Of a DNA stretch of 64,000 nucleotides, positions 32,701 through 46,539 are shown piece after piece. The stretch lies in assembly GCF_009914755.1 (NCBI RefSeq), contig NC_060928.1, one strand, 5' to 3'. The stretch comes from the human T2T-CHM13v2.0 reference genome, Homo sapiens. How positions within the stretch are numbered: the first letter of the stretch is position 1; each line of letters begins with the position of its first letter. Below the pieces are notes generated by a model, which saw only the letters and a list, made by a program, of their open reading frames with translations, did not search any database and had not been told where the DNA came from. The translations under genes were made by a program, and so were the position numbers.

Positions 32701-35700
32701 TATAGAAGATTTGCATCTTTTGTGTGATGAGTGCAGAGATATGTCACAATATCCCCTGTAGAAAAAGCCTGAAATTGGTTTACATAACTTCGGTGATCAG
32801 TGCAGATGTGTTTCAGAACTCCATAGTAGACTGAACCTAGAGAATGGTTACATCACTTAGGTGATCAGTGTAGAGATATGTTAAAATTCTCGTGTAGACA
32901 GAGCCTAGACAATTGTTACATCACCTAGTGATCAGTGCAGGGATAAGTCATAAAGCCTCCTGTAGGCAGAGTGTAGGCAAGTGTTCCCTCCCTGGGCTGA
33001 TCAGTGCAGAGATATCTCACAAAGCCCCTATAAGCCAAACCTTGACAAGGGTTACATCACCTGTTTGAGCAGTGGAAATATATATCACAAAGCCCCCTGT
33101 AGACAAAGCCCAGACAATTTTTACATCTCCTGAGTGAGCATTGGAGAGATCTGTCACAATGCCCCTGTAGGCAGAGCTTAGACAAGTGTTACATCACCTG
33201 GGTGATCAGTGCAGAGATATGTCAAAACGCTCCTGTAGTCTGAACCTAGACAGGAGTTACATCACCTTGGGGATCAGTGCAGAGATACGTGAGAATTCCC
33301 TTGTAGGCAGGGCCTAGACAAGTGTTACATCACCTAGGTTATCAGTGCAGAGATATGTGAGAATTCCCGTGTAGGCAGAGCCTAGACAAGTGTTACATCA
33401 CCTAGTTTATCAGTGTAATTATTAGTCATAAAGCCTCCTGTAGGCAGAGCGTAGACAAGAGTTCCCTCCTCAGGGTGATCAGTGCAGAGATGTGTCACAA
33501 AGCCCCTGTAGGCAGAGCCTAGACAAGAGTTTCATCACTTGGTTGATCAGTTCAGAGATGTGTCAGAATGCCCATGTAGGCAGATCTAAGACAAGCGTCC
33601 ATCACCTGGGTGATCAGTGCAGAGATATGTACCAGTGTCCCCTGTAGGCAGTGCCTAGACAAGAGTTGAATCACCTCAGAGATCAGTGCATAGATATGTC
33701 ACAAAGCCTTCTGTAGGCAAAGCCCATACAAGGTTTAGATCACCTAGGTGATCAGTGCAGTGATATGTCACAAAAATCCCTGTAGACAGAGCCTAGACAA
33801 GAGTTACTTCACCTGGGTGATCAGTGCAGATATTTGACACAATGCCCCCATAGACAGAGCCTAGGCAAGACTTCCATCACCTGGGTGATCAGTGCAGAGA
33901 TATGTCACAAATCCCCCTCTAGGCAGAGTATAGAGAAGAGTCCCATCACCTGGGTGATCAGTGCAGAGATATTTCACAATGCCCCCTGTAGGCAGAGAGT
34001 GGACAAGAGTTACATCACCTAGATGATCTGTGCAGAGCTATGTCAAAACGCCCCTGTAGGCAGAGCCTAGATGAGTGTTACATCACCTGGGTGATCATTG
34101 CAGAGATACGTCACAATACCCCCTGTAGGTGGGGCCTAGACAAGAGTTACATCACCTGGGTGATCAGTACAGAAGTATGTCACAAAGCCCCTGTAGGCAG
34201 AGCCTAGACAAGAGTTACATCACCTGGGTTATCAGTGCAGAAATATGTCACAAAGCCCCTGTAGGTCGAGTCTAGACAAGAGTTACATCTCCTGGGTGAT
34301 CAGTGCAAAGATATGTCACAAAGCCCCCTGTAGACAAATCCCAGAAAATTGTTACATCACCTGGGTGATCAGTGGAGATATGTGTCACAATTCCCCTTTA
34401 GGCACAGCTTAGACAAGCGTTACATCACATGAGTGATCATTGCAGAGTTATGTCACTATGCCCCCATAGGCAGATCCAAGACAAGAGTCCATCACCTGGG
34501 TGATCAGTGCAGAAATATGCCACAATGCCGCCAGTAGGCAGATATAGACAAGAGTTACATCACCTGCGTGATCACTGCAGAGATATATCACAATGCCCCT
34601 GTAGGCAGAGCCCAGACAAGAGTCCCATCACCTGGGTGATCAGTGCAGAGTTATGTCACAATGCCCCCTTTTGGCAGAGCCTAGACAAGGGTTACATCAC
34701 CTGGGTGATCAGTGCAGAGATATGTCACAATGTCCCTGTAGCCATATCCTTGACAAAAGTGACATCACCTGGGTGATCAGTGTGGAGATATGTCACAATG
34801 TCTCCAGTAGGCAGAGCCTAGACAAGAGTTACATCACCTGGGTGATCAGGGCAGAGATATGTCACAATGCCCCCTGTAAGCAGATCCCAGACAAGAGTTG
34901 CATCACCTCGGTGATCAGTGCAGAGATACGTCACAATGCCCCTGTAGGCAGAGCCTAGACAAGAGTTACATAACCCAGGTGATCCGTACAGAGTGATGTC
35001 ACAACGCCCTCTGTAGGCAGAGACTAGAAAAGAGTTACATTACCTGGGTGATCAGTGCAGAGATATGTCACAATGCCCCCTGTAGGCAGAGCATAGAGAA
35101 GAGTTGCATCACCTGGGTGATCAGTGTAGAGATATGTCACAATGTCCCCTGTAGGCAGAGCACAGAGAAGAGTTGCACCACCTGGGTGATCAGTGCAGAG
35201 ATATGTCACAATGTCCCCTGTAGGCAAAGCCTAGGCAAGAGTTACATCACCTTTGTCATCAGTTCAGGGATATGTGAAAACGCCCCTGTAGGCAGAGCTT
35301 AGACAAGAGTTACATCACCTAGTTGATCAGTGCAGAGATATTTCACAATACCCCCTGTAGGCAGATCCTAGACAAGAGTTGCATCACCTGGGTGATCAGT
35401 GCAGAGATATTTCACAACGCCCCCTGTAGGCAGAGGGTAGACAAGAGTTACATCACCTAGGTGATCAGTGCAGAGATTTGTCGAAATTCCCTGTAGGCAG
35501 TGCTTATAAAAGTGTTACATCACCTAAGTGATCAGTGCAGAGATATGTCACAAAGCTCCTGTAGGCAGAGCTTAGATGAGTTACATCACCTGGGTGATCA
35601 GAGCAAAGGTATGTCACAAAGCCCCCTGTAGGCCAAAGCCTAGACAATAGTTACATCACTTGGGTGATCAGTGGCGAGATCTCTCACAATTCCCCTGTAG

Positions 35701-38700
35701 GCAGAGCTTATACAACAGTTACATCACCTGGGTGATCAGTGCAGATATATGTCACAATGCCCCCATAGGCAGATCCAAGACAAGAGTCCGTCTCCTGGGT
35801 GATCAGTGCAGAAATACGTCACAATGCCCCCTTAGGCAGAGCCTAGACAAAAGCCCCATCACCTGGATGATTAGTGCAGAGTTATGTCACAAAGTCCCTT
35901 TAGGCAGATCCTAGAAAAGAGTCCCATTACTTGGGTGATCAGTGCAGAGATATGTCACAATGCCACTGTAGGCAGAGCCTAGACAAGAGTTATATGACCT
36001 AGGTGATCAGTGCAGAGATACATTGCAATGCCCCTGTAGGCAGAGCCCTGACAAGTGGTACATCACCTGGGTGATCATTGCAGGGATATGTCACAAAGCA
36101 CCCTGTAGGCAGATCCTAGACAAGAGTTACATGACCTGGGTGATCAGTGCAGAGATATGTCACAATGCCACTGTAGGCAGAGCCTAGACAAGAGTTACAT
36201 GACCTAGGTGATCAGTGCAGAGATACATCGCAATGCCCCTGTAGGCAGAGCCTTGACAAGTGGTACATCACCTGGGTGATCATTGCAGGGATATGTCACA
36301 AAGCACCCTGTAAGCAGATCCTAGAGAAGAGTTATATCACCTGGGTGATCAGTGCAGAGATATGTCACAAGCCCCCTGTAGGCAGAGCCTAGACAAGAGT
36401 TATATCACCTGGGTGATCAGTGCAGTGATATGTCACAATGCTGTGTAGCCAGAGCCTAGACAAAAGTTACAGCACCTGGGAGATCAGTGCAGAGATATGT
36501 CACAATGTCCCCAGTAGGCAGAGACCAGGCAAGAGTTGGATCACCTCGGGATCAGTGCAGAGATATGTCTCAATCCCCCTGTGGGCACAGCCTAGACAAG
36601 AGTTACATCACCTCGGTTAACAGTGCAGAGATATGTCAAAATGCCCCTGTAGGCAAGCCTACACAAGTATTACATCACTTAGGTGATCAGTGCAGAGATA
36701 TGTCACAATACCCCCTGTAAGCAGAGCCTAGACAAGAGTTACATCACCTGGGTGATCAGTGCAGAGATATGTGACAAGGCCCCTTTAAGCAGAGCCTAGA
36801 CAATAGTTACATCACCTGAGTGATCAGTGCAGAGATCTGTCACAATGCCCCTTTAGGCAGAGCTTAGACTAGAGTTACATCACCTGGGTGATCAGTGCAG
36901 AGATATGTCACATTGCCCCCATAGGCAAATCCAAGACAAGAGTCAGTCACCTGGGTGATCAGTGCAGAAATATGTGACAATGCCGCCAGTAGGCAGAGCC
37001 TAGAGAAGAGTCCCATCACCTGGGTGATCAGTGCAGAGTTATGCCACAATGCCCTCTGTAGGCAGAGCCTAGACAAGAGTTACATCATCTGGTTGATCAG
37101 TAAAGAGATATTTCACAATGCCCCTGCAGGCAGAGTGTAAGCAAGAGTTACATCACCTAGATGATCAGTGCAGAGATACGTCACAAGGCCCCCTATAGGC
37201 AGAGCCTGGACAAGAGTTACATCACCTCGGTGATCAATGCAGCGATATGTCACTATGCCCCGTAGGCAGAGCCTAGTCAAGCGTTACATCACCTGGGTGA
37301 TCAGTGCAGAGATATGTCAGAAAGCCCCCATACACAGAGCCTAGACAAGAGTCCCATCACCTGGGTGATCAGTGCAGAAATATGTCACAATGCCCCTATA
37401 GGCAGATCCAACACAAGTGTTACATCACCTGGGTGATCAGTGCAGAAATATGTCACAATGCCCCCATAGGCAGATCCAACACAAGAGTTACATCACCTGG
37501 GTGATCAGTGTAGAGATATGTCACAATGCCCCCGTAGACAGAGCCTAGACAAAAGTCCCATCACCTGGGTGATCTGTGCAGAGATATGTCACAAAGCCCC
37601 TGTAGGCAGAGCCTAGACAAGAGTTACATCACTTTGTTGATCAGTTCAGAGATGTGTCACAATGCCTATGTAGGCAGAGCCTAGACAAATGTTCCATCGC
37701 CTGGGTGATCAGTGCAGAGATATGTGACAAGGCCCCTTTAAGCAGAGCCTAGACAATAGTTACATCACCTGAGTGATCAATGCAGTGATATGTCACTACG
37801 CCCCAGTAGGCAGAGCCTAGTCAAGCGTTACATCACCTGAGTGATCAGTGCAGAGATATGTCACAAAGCCCCCATACACAGAGCCTAGACAACAGTCCCA
37901 TCCCCTGGGTGATCAGTGCAGAAATATGTCGCAATGCCCCCATAGGCAGATCCAACACAAGAGTTACATCACCTGGGTGATCAGTGTAGAGATATGTCAC
38001 AATGCCCCCATAGGCAGAGCGTAGACAAAAGTCCCATCACCAAGGTGATCAGTGCAGAGATATGTCACAAAGCCCCCATAGGCAGAGCCTAGACAAGAGT
38101 TACATCACTTGGTTGATCAGTTCAGAGATGTGTCACAATGCCCATGTAGGCAGAGCCTACACCAGTGTTACATCACTTAGGTGATCAGTGCAGAGCTATG
38201 TCACAATACCCCCGTAAGCAGAGCCTAGACAAGAGTTACATCACCTGGTTGATCAGTGCAGAGATATCTCAAAATGTCCCTGCAGGCAGAGTATAGACAA
38301 GAGTTACATCACCTAGATGATCAGTGCAGAGATATTTCACAATGCCCCCTGTAGGCAGAGCCTAGATAAGAATTATATTACCTGGATGATCAGTACGGTG
38401 ATATGTCACTATGCCCCCTGTGGGCGGAGCCTAGACAAGAGTTACATCACCTGGGTCATAAGGGCAGAGATATGTCACAATGCTCCAGTAGGCAGAGCCT
38501 AGACAAGAGTCCTATCACCTGGGTGATCAGTGCAGAAATATGTCACAATGCTCCCAGTAGACAGAGCCTAGACAAGAGTTACATCACCTGGGTGATCAGT
38601 GCAGAAATATGTTGCAATGCCCCCATAGGCAGATCCAACACAAGAGTTACATCACCTGGGTGATCAGTGCAGAGATATGTAACAATGCCCCCAGTAGGCA

Positions 38701-39096
38701 GAGCCTAGAGGAGAGTTACATCATCTGGGTGATCTTTGCAGAGATATGTCACAATCCCCCAAGTAAGCAGAGCCTAGACAAAAGTTACATCATCTGGGCG
38801 ATCAGTGCAGAGAGAAGTCACAAAACCCACATAGGAAAAGACTAGACAAGAGTTACATCATCTGGGTCATCAGTGCAGACATATGTCAAAGCTGCCGTAG
38901 ACAGAGTGTAGACAATTATTACATCACTTGGGTGATCAGTGCAGAGATCTATCACAGTGCCCCCATAGGCAGAGCCTAGACAAGAGTTCCATCACCTGTG
39001 TGATCAGTGTAGAGATATGTCACAATGCCTCCTGTAGGCAGAGGCTAAACAAGAGTTACATCACCTGGATTTTGTTTCCTGCAATATGTCACAATG
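32617..39096 (+). repeat. 68-bp beta-satellite (Sau3A/BSR) array, about 6.5 kb, roughly 95 diverged monomers
   Basis: Tandem monomers resembling CCTGTAGGCAGAGCCTAGACAAGAGTTACATCACCTGGGTGATCAGTGCAGAGATATGTCACAATGCCC, with about one GATC per unit. Confidence 0.97.
32674..32679 (+). terminator. DUX4 poly(A) signal ATTAAA (4qA permissive allele)
   Basis: GAGATAT-ATTAAA-ATGCCCCC. The equivalent 10qA sites read ATCAAA or ATTTAA. Confidence 0.96.
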
Positions 39097-39098
39097 GC

Positions 39099-39453
39099 GA
39101 GGGTGAGGGTTAGGGTGAGGGTGAGGGTTAGGGTGAGGGTCAGGGTGAGGGTGAGGGTTAGGGTTAGGGTGAGCCTTAGGTTTAGGGTTAGGGTTAGGGT
39201 TAGGGGTTAGGCTTAGGCTTAGGGTTAGGCTTAGGCTTAGGGTAAGGCTTAGGGTTCAGGTTCAAGTTTGGATTCGGGTTCAGGTTAAGAGTTAGGGTTA
39301 GGGTTACTGGTTAGGGTTAGGGGTTAGGGTTAGGGGTTAGGGCTGGGTTAGGTTTAGGGTTAGGGTTAGGGTTATGGGTTACAGTTAGGGTTAGGGTTAG
39401 GTTTTAGGGTTAGGGTTAGGGTTAGGATTGGGGTTAGGTTTAGGGTTAGGGTA
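39099..39453 (+). repeat. Interstitial degenerate (TTAGGG)n tract, same polarity as the telomere
   Basis: TGAGGG, TCAGGG, TTAGGC and TTAGGG hexamers directly abutting beta-satellite. Confidence 0.96.
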
Positions 39454-39851
39454 GTGTAAATAATTTCACATTATTACTAATAATAAATTATTATTTATAT
39501 TACACTATTACTTAATATATAGGCTATTAAGACATGTTTGTCTTCAAAGAATGGCCTTGGTTTCTGTGGACAGTTTCTCCTCATGGAAAGGTAGTGTGTT
39601 CCTGCTAAATCATGGACAAAACGGGTCCCCAGGAGCTACAGGCTGCAGAAGCAGCTTCTCCTCTATGTTCTTCACTGCCTCATACTGTTGTTGACCTTGA
39701 AACCTTCTTTTGGTCTAGTTTTATCAACAGAGCTAGTATTTACATGAGGTTCTACTACATACCAGGTTCCAGAAAGCTAAATGCTTTTTGTTTGTTTTTA
39801 TTCACTAAATACAAATCACAACTCTGTTCTCATTACACACACAACAAAATT

Positions 39852-39920
39852 TAGCTGAGGGAGATTGAGTGACTTTCCCAGGGTCACACAGCTACTAATA
39901 GCAGAGTAGTGTTTAGATTC
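39852..39920 (+). mobile_element. MIR core fragment
   Basis: GAGTGACTTTCCCAGGGTCACACAGCTA resembles the MIR core. Confidence 0.55.
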
Positions 39921-40608
39921 ATATGGGAATACTGAACACAGAAATGAACCAATGGAAACATCCTACGTTCCAAAAGCCTACTCAAGCCATTTGTTCTTAT
40001 TTTAAGGAAAATATGCTAATTTTAAACTCCAAATACTTATGAATGGCAGAGATCTACAGATTTGATTCTGATGTAAGAAATGATGCTCACCAGCTGGTTA
40101 CTGCTACCACCCCACAACCCGCAGCATACTGGACAAATGTCTAAGCCTCGTGGTTAGTGGGGACATTGCTGGTGGAGTCTGAAATTGTCATGCAGTGACT
40201 CACTCAAGCTTAGGCAGATTTGGTGATATATGACACAGAGATGCAAAGAAATGTTGTAGCTGACACACACAGGCTGGCTCTGGGAGATGCAGAAGGAGCA
40301 CGTCCCCCAAAATGAAGCCAGACAGACATCCTTAAGGAAGGAGCAAAGGGGCTTCATCTTAAAGAATGAAGAAGGGATTTGTCATGAGAGATGTGGCAGG
40401 AATTTCTTGAGAGGCAGAGGGAGAGCATGAGAATGTTAGGAAGGCAGGAGAGACTCTCACACATCTGGGAAGCTGACAATCCATCAGCATGTCCAGGAGG
40501 AAAATAAGGAGGAGGAGCAGAAATAGATGAGGCTGGATATAGAAGCAGGGCTGAAGCTGTGTTGTTTGTGGTAAAGAGTTGTGATTCTATCCAGAAGGCA
40601 ATAGGTAG

Positions 40609-40919
<311 letters not shown>

Positions 40920-40937
40920 ACAGAGATCTTTTAAAAC

Positions 40938-41158
40938 AAGAGTCAGCAAATATTTTCTGCAAAGGGCTAAATGTTAAATATTTTAAATTTTCCAAGCCAT
41001 ATGGTCTCTCTCTCAATGACTCAGCTCTTCCATTATACCATGAAAGTAGCCAGAGACGTTATATAACACATGTATGTGGCTGTGTCCCATTACAACTTTA
41101 CTTACAAACGCAGACTGTGTCAGACATAGTCCATGTATGGTAGTTTGCCACACCTTGT
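40938..41158. mobile_element. MER58A-like DNA transposon relic
   Basis: GTCAGCAAATATTTTCTGCAAAGGG...GTGGCTGTGTCCCATTACAACTTTA...GTAGTTTGCCACACCTTG, with decayed terminal inverted repeats. Confidence 0.7.
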
Positions 41159-41289
41159 TTTAGAAAGCTCAGGTTTATGATGTGATGGAGAATTCCTACA
41201 AGAGTTCTTGTTTTAAATGGTAGAGTGAACATACACTGGAATTCTATACTGCTTGACCCAAGCTTTTGATAGCAAAAGGTAGAAAAGAC

Positions 41290-41337
41290 AGATAGTAAAC
41301 AGATAGATAGATGATAGGAGGTAGATAGATAGATGAT
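41290..41337 (+). repeat. Imperfect (GATA)n microsatellite
   Basis: Runs of AGATAGATAG. Confidence 0.7.
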
Positions 41338-43711
41338 AAAGAAAGTACATAGCTGTTCCAGAAAACAGAAACTGAAAATTTCATGAACCAAAAGCAGAGT
41401 AATATACTTTAGAAAGGAAACAGGCTGGAAAACCCACAGTTGCAAAGCAAATGGAATTTCCAACTGCCTCTTGTAGCCCCTTCCTTGAAGTAGTCATAGC
41501 TCAGGGTGTTTGACTTCTTCCTCTGTTTTTTGTTTGTTTGTTGTTTGCTTTTCTGTGGGGTTTTTGTTGTTGTTGTTTGCTTTTTTTAAAAAAAATTCCC
41601 TTTCACTGCTTTTTTGTCACAGCAGCCTTTGTCGCTTCAAACACCGCAAGTGTTCTTTTAAAAGAATTATATCAACCTTTCAAGTGAAATGCAACATGTC
41701 TGAAACGTGGTATCTGGAGAGGTGAGATGGACAAAGGAGCCCTTGTTACTGCACGTTTTCATTCTCCAAACTTCACCTTGCACACAGTAACAGACAATGC
41801 ACAAATCCACTTCCTTATGGACGGAAATTCTGAAATCCTTTTATGCCTGGCCTTTCCATCCTTCAACTTCCCCTTTCCCATGCTGTGAATGATTGTATTG
41901 GACATTTTTGTTTTAATCTCAGTGACAGGGGAACACAGGTAGCTCTAATATAGCTGTGACCCAGATGCTTCTGTTTCTAGCGTGTATTTATTTTGCAGCA
42001 AACATTTACATCCATGATTTTTCACTGTCTTTTGAAAATAATTAAGCAATATCTCATCTGAGGTAGAATGTTTCTAGTGGTTGTGTTCTGAGGGAGAAAA
42101 ACTAATCTTTTCTCTTTCCACTGCATTCTAGGAACAGTAAGAGGACCTTGTGAGTGAATAATTTGTTTCCACATTACAGAGTGGGTAATAAGCAGATTAG
42201 TAAAAACAATTCTGCTTCACTTCAATAACAGCCTCCTCCAACTCATTTTTTCTCAACAAACTTATTTTTCCAGCAGAAGAATCCCAGACTTCTTAGAGAA
42301 CCCAGTGACTTTTTGCACCTTAAATCTGTGAAATCCTCATGTTTTCTTCTGCTGTATCTATAGTTCAAACAAAGATGAGGCAAAACTAGACGCATTCCTG
42401 AAGGAACCCAAGAAATTCCTCTTTCTGTCTCGGAATGAAATGAATTCTCCAGACCACTAGTTCTAACCTTCAAAAACCAAACCTGTTTGTGAGATCTCCT
42501 TCAAATACTACTGTAGACCCCAGTATTTATTCATTAAATTTTTAAAATATTTGTTTTATTTGGAATCAAAGTATTTGTAATTTTAGTATTTGTATTAATA
42601 TAAGGGAGAAATGTTTAAATCTGTCTATGCCATATGTGCCTCTGGCTTATTGCCCAATTAATTGCAGTCTCAGGCTAAACTTTCGTTTCTGTCTTCAATT
42701 TTTGTCAGAAGAAATATAACTGATCTCAAAACATCTGCTTTTATGTAGGGACTTGTGCTGCCATCTCCATTCCTCTCTCTCTTTTTGCAATCTGGGTGGA
42801 AGTTCTTTAATATGAACATTTCAACCAGCTTCATTCTACCACATCCACTATGAGCACATTCAAACGTATCCAGCCAAGACTGTCATCTTAGGCCAGGGAT
42901 CTTTTAGGAATCTATTTTGCTGTGATGTGGCTGGCACCACTTTGATTCACTGTATCACCCCAGGGTTCTTTTCATTTTATAAGCCCAAGAGGGCAGAAAA
43001 TGAAGTAGATGAGCAATTAAACACTGTGAGTCAGGAGCGTCTCCCCTTGTGTTAGGCAATGTTGTAGAACATCGTATTTAGTAAGCTCCTAGCAGATGAG
43101 CCATGTGGCTTCTGAGCACACATGCCTGCTTGCTGCTGTGAGGTCAGACACCATCATGTCTTTTCCATCTCTGGAGGGAATTGTAAGGGCCACTTAATAA
43201 CCTGTAAATCAGAGAGATAAAGGTGCTTCCCCAAAACACTGATGACAGAATGAAAGGTGAGGAGTGTTAGCCACAGTTCAAAAGTACAGGAAAGTCTCTC
43301 AGTGTGGGTTGTTGAAGAAATGCAGGTCTTTTTTCTTTTGGAAGTCTCCCTAGAATGGGGTCAAGGACTCTGCCCATTCTAGGATGAAAAATTGGGATAT
43401 TAGACACCTTCAGATATTTATCCCCAGCTTTCATTTTGGGCTCTTAATTAGTTTGTTCATCCATCACAATCTCAAATGCTAAGCAGGGCATTTGAATCTC
43501 TCCACAGTGCAAATCAGCGCCGTCTTTTAAAGTTGAGTTTCTTCTTATTCTCACCTGATATACCTTATTTATCCCACACCCACCCTAATAACATATCGTG
43601 CTCACTGTTATCTTTGAGGCAACCCTTGAATTTTACTCAGCCTGGAGCGCTCTTCACATGTCTTGTCCAGAGCCAGTTCGGACTCATTCTTCAGCCGTGC
43701 ATCAGTCAGTG

Positions 43712-43977
43712 GGGGCTAGCTTAAACTGTGGTGACAAACAACCTCCAAATTTCAGTGGCTCAAAAATCTTCTTCCTCATTTATTTACATCTCATGACTGG
43801 TCAGGTGAGAGGTAGCTCTGTGCTGTGTCATCCTAACACAGGAATCCAGAAGGAAGGAGGGACTGTCAATAAGATCCCCATTGCTATAGAAAAGAGAAAA
43901 AAGCATGTGGAATAGAACGCTGTTTCTTGGAGATTTCTCCTGAAAAAGTCACATGTTATTTCTTCTCACCTCCATTG

Positions 43978-44011
<34 letters not shown>

Positions 44012-44045
44012 ATGTGGCCATGGGAAAATTTAAGTAGGTGGGATG
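43712..44045. mobile_element. Old MaLR (MLT1-like) LTR fragment containing an A29 run (43980-44008)
   Basis: GTGACAAACAACCTCCAAATTTCAGTGGC...CCATTGGC(A)nGTCATGTGGCCA resembles MLT1 consensus segments. Confidence 0.45.
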
Positions 44046-44351
44046 GAACAGTCAGAATGCATTCATAAAAAATGAACTGAAAATATTTGGAGAACAACAC
44101 CAATGACTATCATGAATGCCAACATACATCCCTAACAACCCAGTGCTGTTACCCTCCAAACTTTTTATGTCTTGCAAAGTATTAGAACTTCATATCTGAA
44201 GCCATACCACTCAGAGGGAATGCAATACATATTGACATCTCCTTTAGGATGTCCATAGAGAATTCAAGAAAAGAAATAATTTAAAAGTGCTTTTGGGTAC
44301 AGCTATTTAGCACTAGAGGGTAAGAGTAGAGATAGATTGTAAAGATAATAA

Positions 44352-44537
44352 TAGGGTTAGGCATAGGATTAGGATCTGGGTCAGAGTCAGGGCCGGAAGT
44401 ATGGTTAGAGGTGGGGTCATGGTCAGGGTCAAGATCAAAGTCAGGGTTAAAGTAAGGGTCAGAATTAAGGACCAGGGTAGGGATCAGGATTTAGGTTCAG
44501 GCTCAAAGTCTTGGGACAGGGTTAGGGTTAGGATTAG
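44352..44537 (+). repeat. Highly decayed telomere-like hexamer tract
   Basis: 6-bp periodic TTAGGG, TCAGGG, TTAGGA and TCAAAG variants. Confidence 0.75.
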
Positions 44538-45219
44538 AAGCAGAGCTTTGTTCTCAGGACCCACCCGAGGATGGGTCACCATGGCTTTGGAGCACCTGGT
44601 AGTGTGGCATGTCCACAGTGAAGACCAGAGTTTCGTTGTCCTTAAGACTGACCTGGGAGACGTGGCTGCAGGCCATTGAGGAAGGTGAGGCAAAAGCTTC
44701 CTGTCTGCTCCCCGTGTGCTGAGGAGGGAGCTCTGCCATGGGCTTTACTTTCACACGTTATATTCTACAAGTCTTGTTTTACAAAAGCATCCCTTCCTTG
44801 AGGCTTCGGCTGCTCATCGCTGCTCATCATCATAGCGTGCCATAACATATAGTAAGATTTGGGTTTGTTTCTGGGAGAGATCTTGGCATAGAGAAAGGAG
44901 AAATGCTTAGAGCCACCATCAAGACAGTTGGGATGAAAGCTGGGGATAGGCAGAGGCTGGAGGAAACATGTGCACCCCTTGTAAACACTTATTCATGTTT
45001 TAGTTATTCACTTAAAGTGTTAAATTAGTAAAAATAGTATTGAAAAATTGAAAAGTAGGCATATTAAAACTTGTAACACTATTTAAGCTTAGATATATTA
45101 TTTGTACCTCATCAACATTTTTTATTTTGTTGAGAAAGTGTAAGGTTAATTGGCAGCATATTTCTAATAGTAGATAGAATAATGTCTGTTTTATAAACAT
45201 TGACATCCTACATTACATG

Positions 45220-45664
45220 TGTGAACCCTGAAAATCTGAGACAGCTCTCAGATTTTTTAGAAAGTTTATTTTGCCAATCTTGAGGATGTGCGCCCGTGAT
45301 GCCTCCCCAGGAGGTCCTGACAACATGGGCCCAAGGTGGTCGGGGCACAGCTTGATTTTATACACTTTAGGGAGACATGAGACATCAATCAATACGTGTA
45401 AGATGTACATTGGTTCAGTCCAGAAATGTGAGAAGGCCAGACAGGGGGCTTCCAGGTCATAGGTAGGTAAGAGACAAATGGTTTCATTCTTTTGCATTGC
45501 TGATTACCCTCTCCAAATGAGGCAATCAGGTATGCATTTATCTCGGTGAGCAGATGGGTGACTTTGGATACAATGGGAGGCGGGTTTGCCCTAAGCAGTT
45601 CCCAGCTTGACTTTTCCCTTTAGCTTAGTGATTTTGGGTCCCCAAGATTTATTTTCCCTTCATA
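45220..45664 (-). mobile_element. MER4A-like solo LTR (ERV1)
   Basis: TGTGAACCCTGAAAATCTGAGACAG...GAAAGTTTATTTTGCCAA...CCCAAGATTTATTTTCCCTTCA matches the recalled reverse MER4A consensus. Confidence 0.75.
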
Positions 45665-46539
45665 AGGTTTTCCTATGAGCATTAATTATTCATTGTGTAT
45701 TTTATCACACAAATAAGGCACAGATTTTTAAAAAATCATCAACTTCCTGGCTACCTATATAGACATAATTACATAGAAGCTCAACTAAATTTGCAAACAT
45801 TCCAGAGTTTGGGTTTCCAATAATTCTTTGTGATTCTTTAAAAGGTAAAGTATTTTTTCCCATAAAACATAGCAACATTTAAAATCACCCGTAGAATGTC
45901 CTGCCATTTTTGTTTCTGTAGTTTCCTCATTTTCTGCAAAGCCTCGCTGAGGAAATTGACTTTGAATATCCTTTTACACTCTTCTGTTTTAGAAAGCATT
46001 GTGGTAAAACATTGAATCATCATGGTCATAAGTTCTGTTCACATTCTTTCTTGCTTTGAATATTTTTTCCCAGTGGCCAATATTTGATTCTGTTGTATCA
46101 TGGCTAAAAGGTAGGCATGGCAACAAAATAAGACAGGAAGTCTTTGGAATAAGTGATCCCATCACAATGAATCAATTTGCCATTGGAACATATTTTTACA
46201 AAGTCACTCTTTTGAAAATATTTAGCTATGAATTAAAACAAAGTCTGTATGGTTAATATTTTTCCTGGTCTAAGGTGAACAGCATTTTAGAGAATGAACT
46301 CAGGACACAACCACAGCACAAGAAAAACGTGATAATTAAGTTTACACATATGTGTTACTACTGCAACAGAAAACATGTAAAGAACATTTGATTTATGTAT
46401 CAGTCTGCACTGTTTAATTTTTTGTGTCATAAATACTCTTATTTAAAAAAACAGGACTAGTTAACAGTGTCAATTACTAGTAATTCATGGTATAAATAAT
46501 TAAACAAGGAAGTGTTCAAAAAAAACAGTGTTTTAAATA

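Noticed and set aside
32617-39096. CRISPR-like repeat-spacer array, or coding ORFs, in the 68-bp repeats
   Set aside because: The whole monomer is repeated with no unique spacers and there are no cas genes. It is human beta-satellite and the ORFs are repeat translations.
43980-44008. A29 run as the tail of a retrogene
   Set aside because: No upstream mRNA-like body or TSD seen. It appears to be an expanded A run inside an old LTR.
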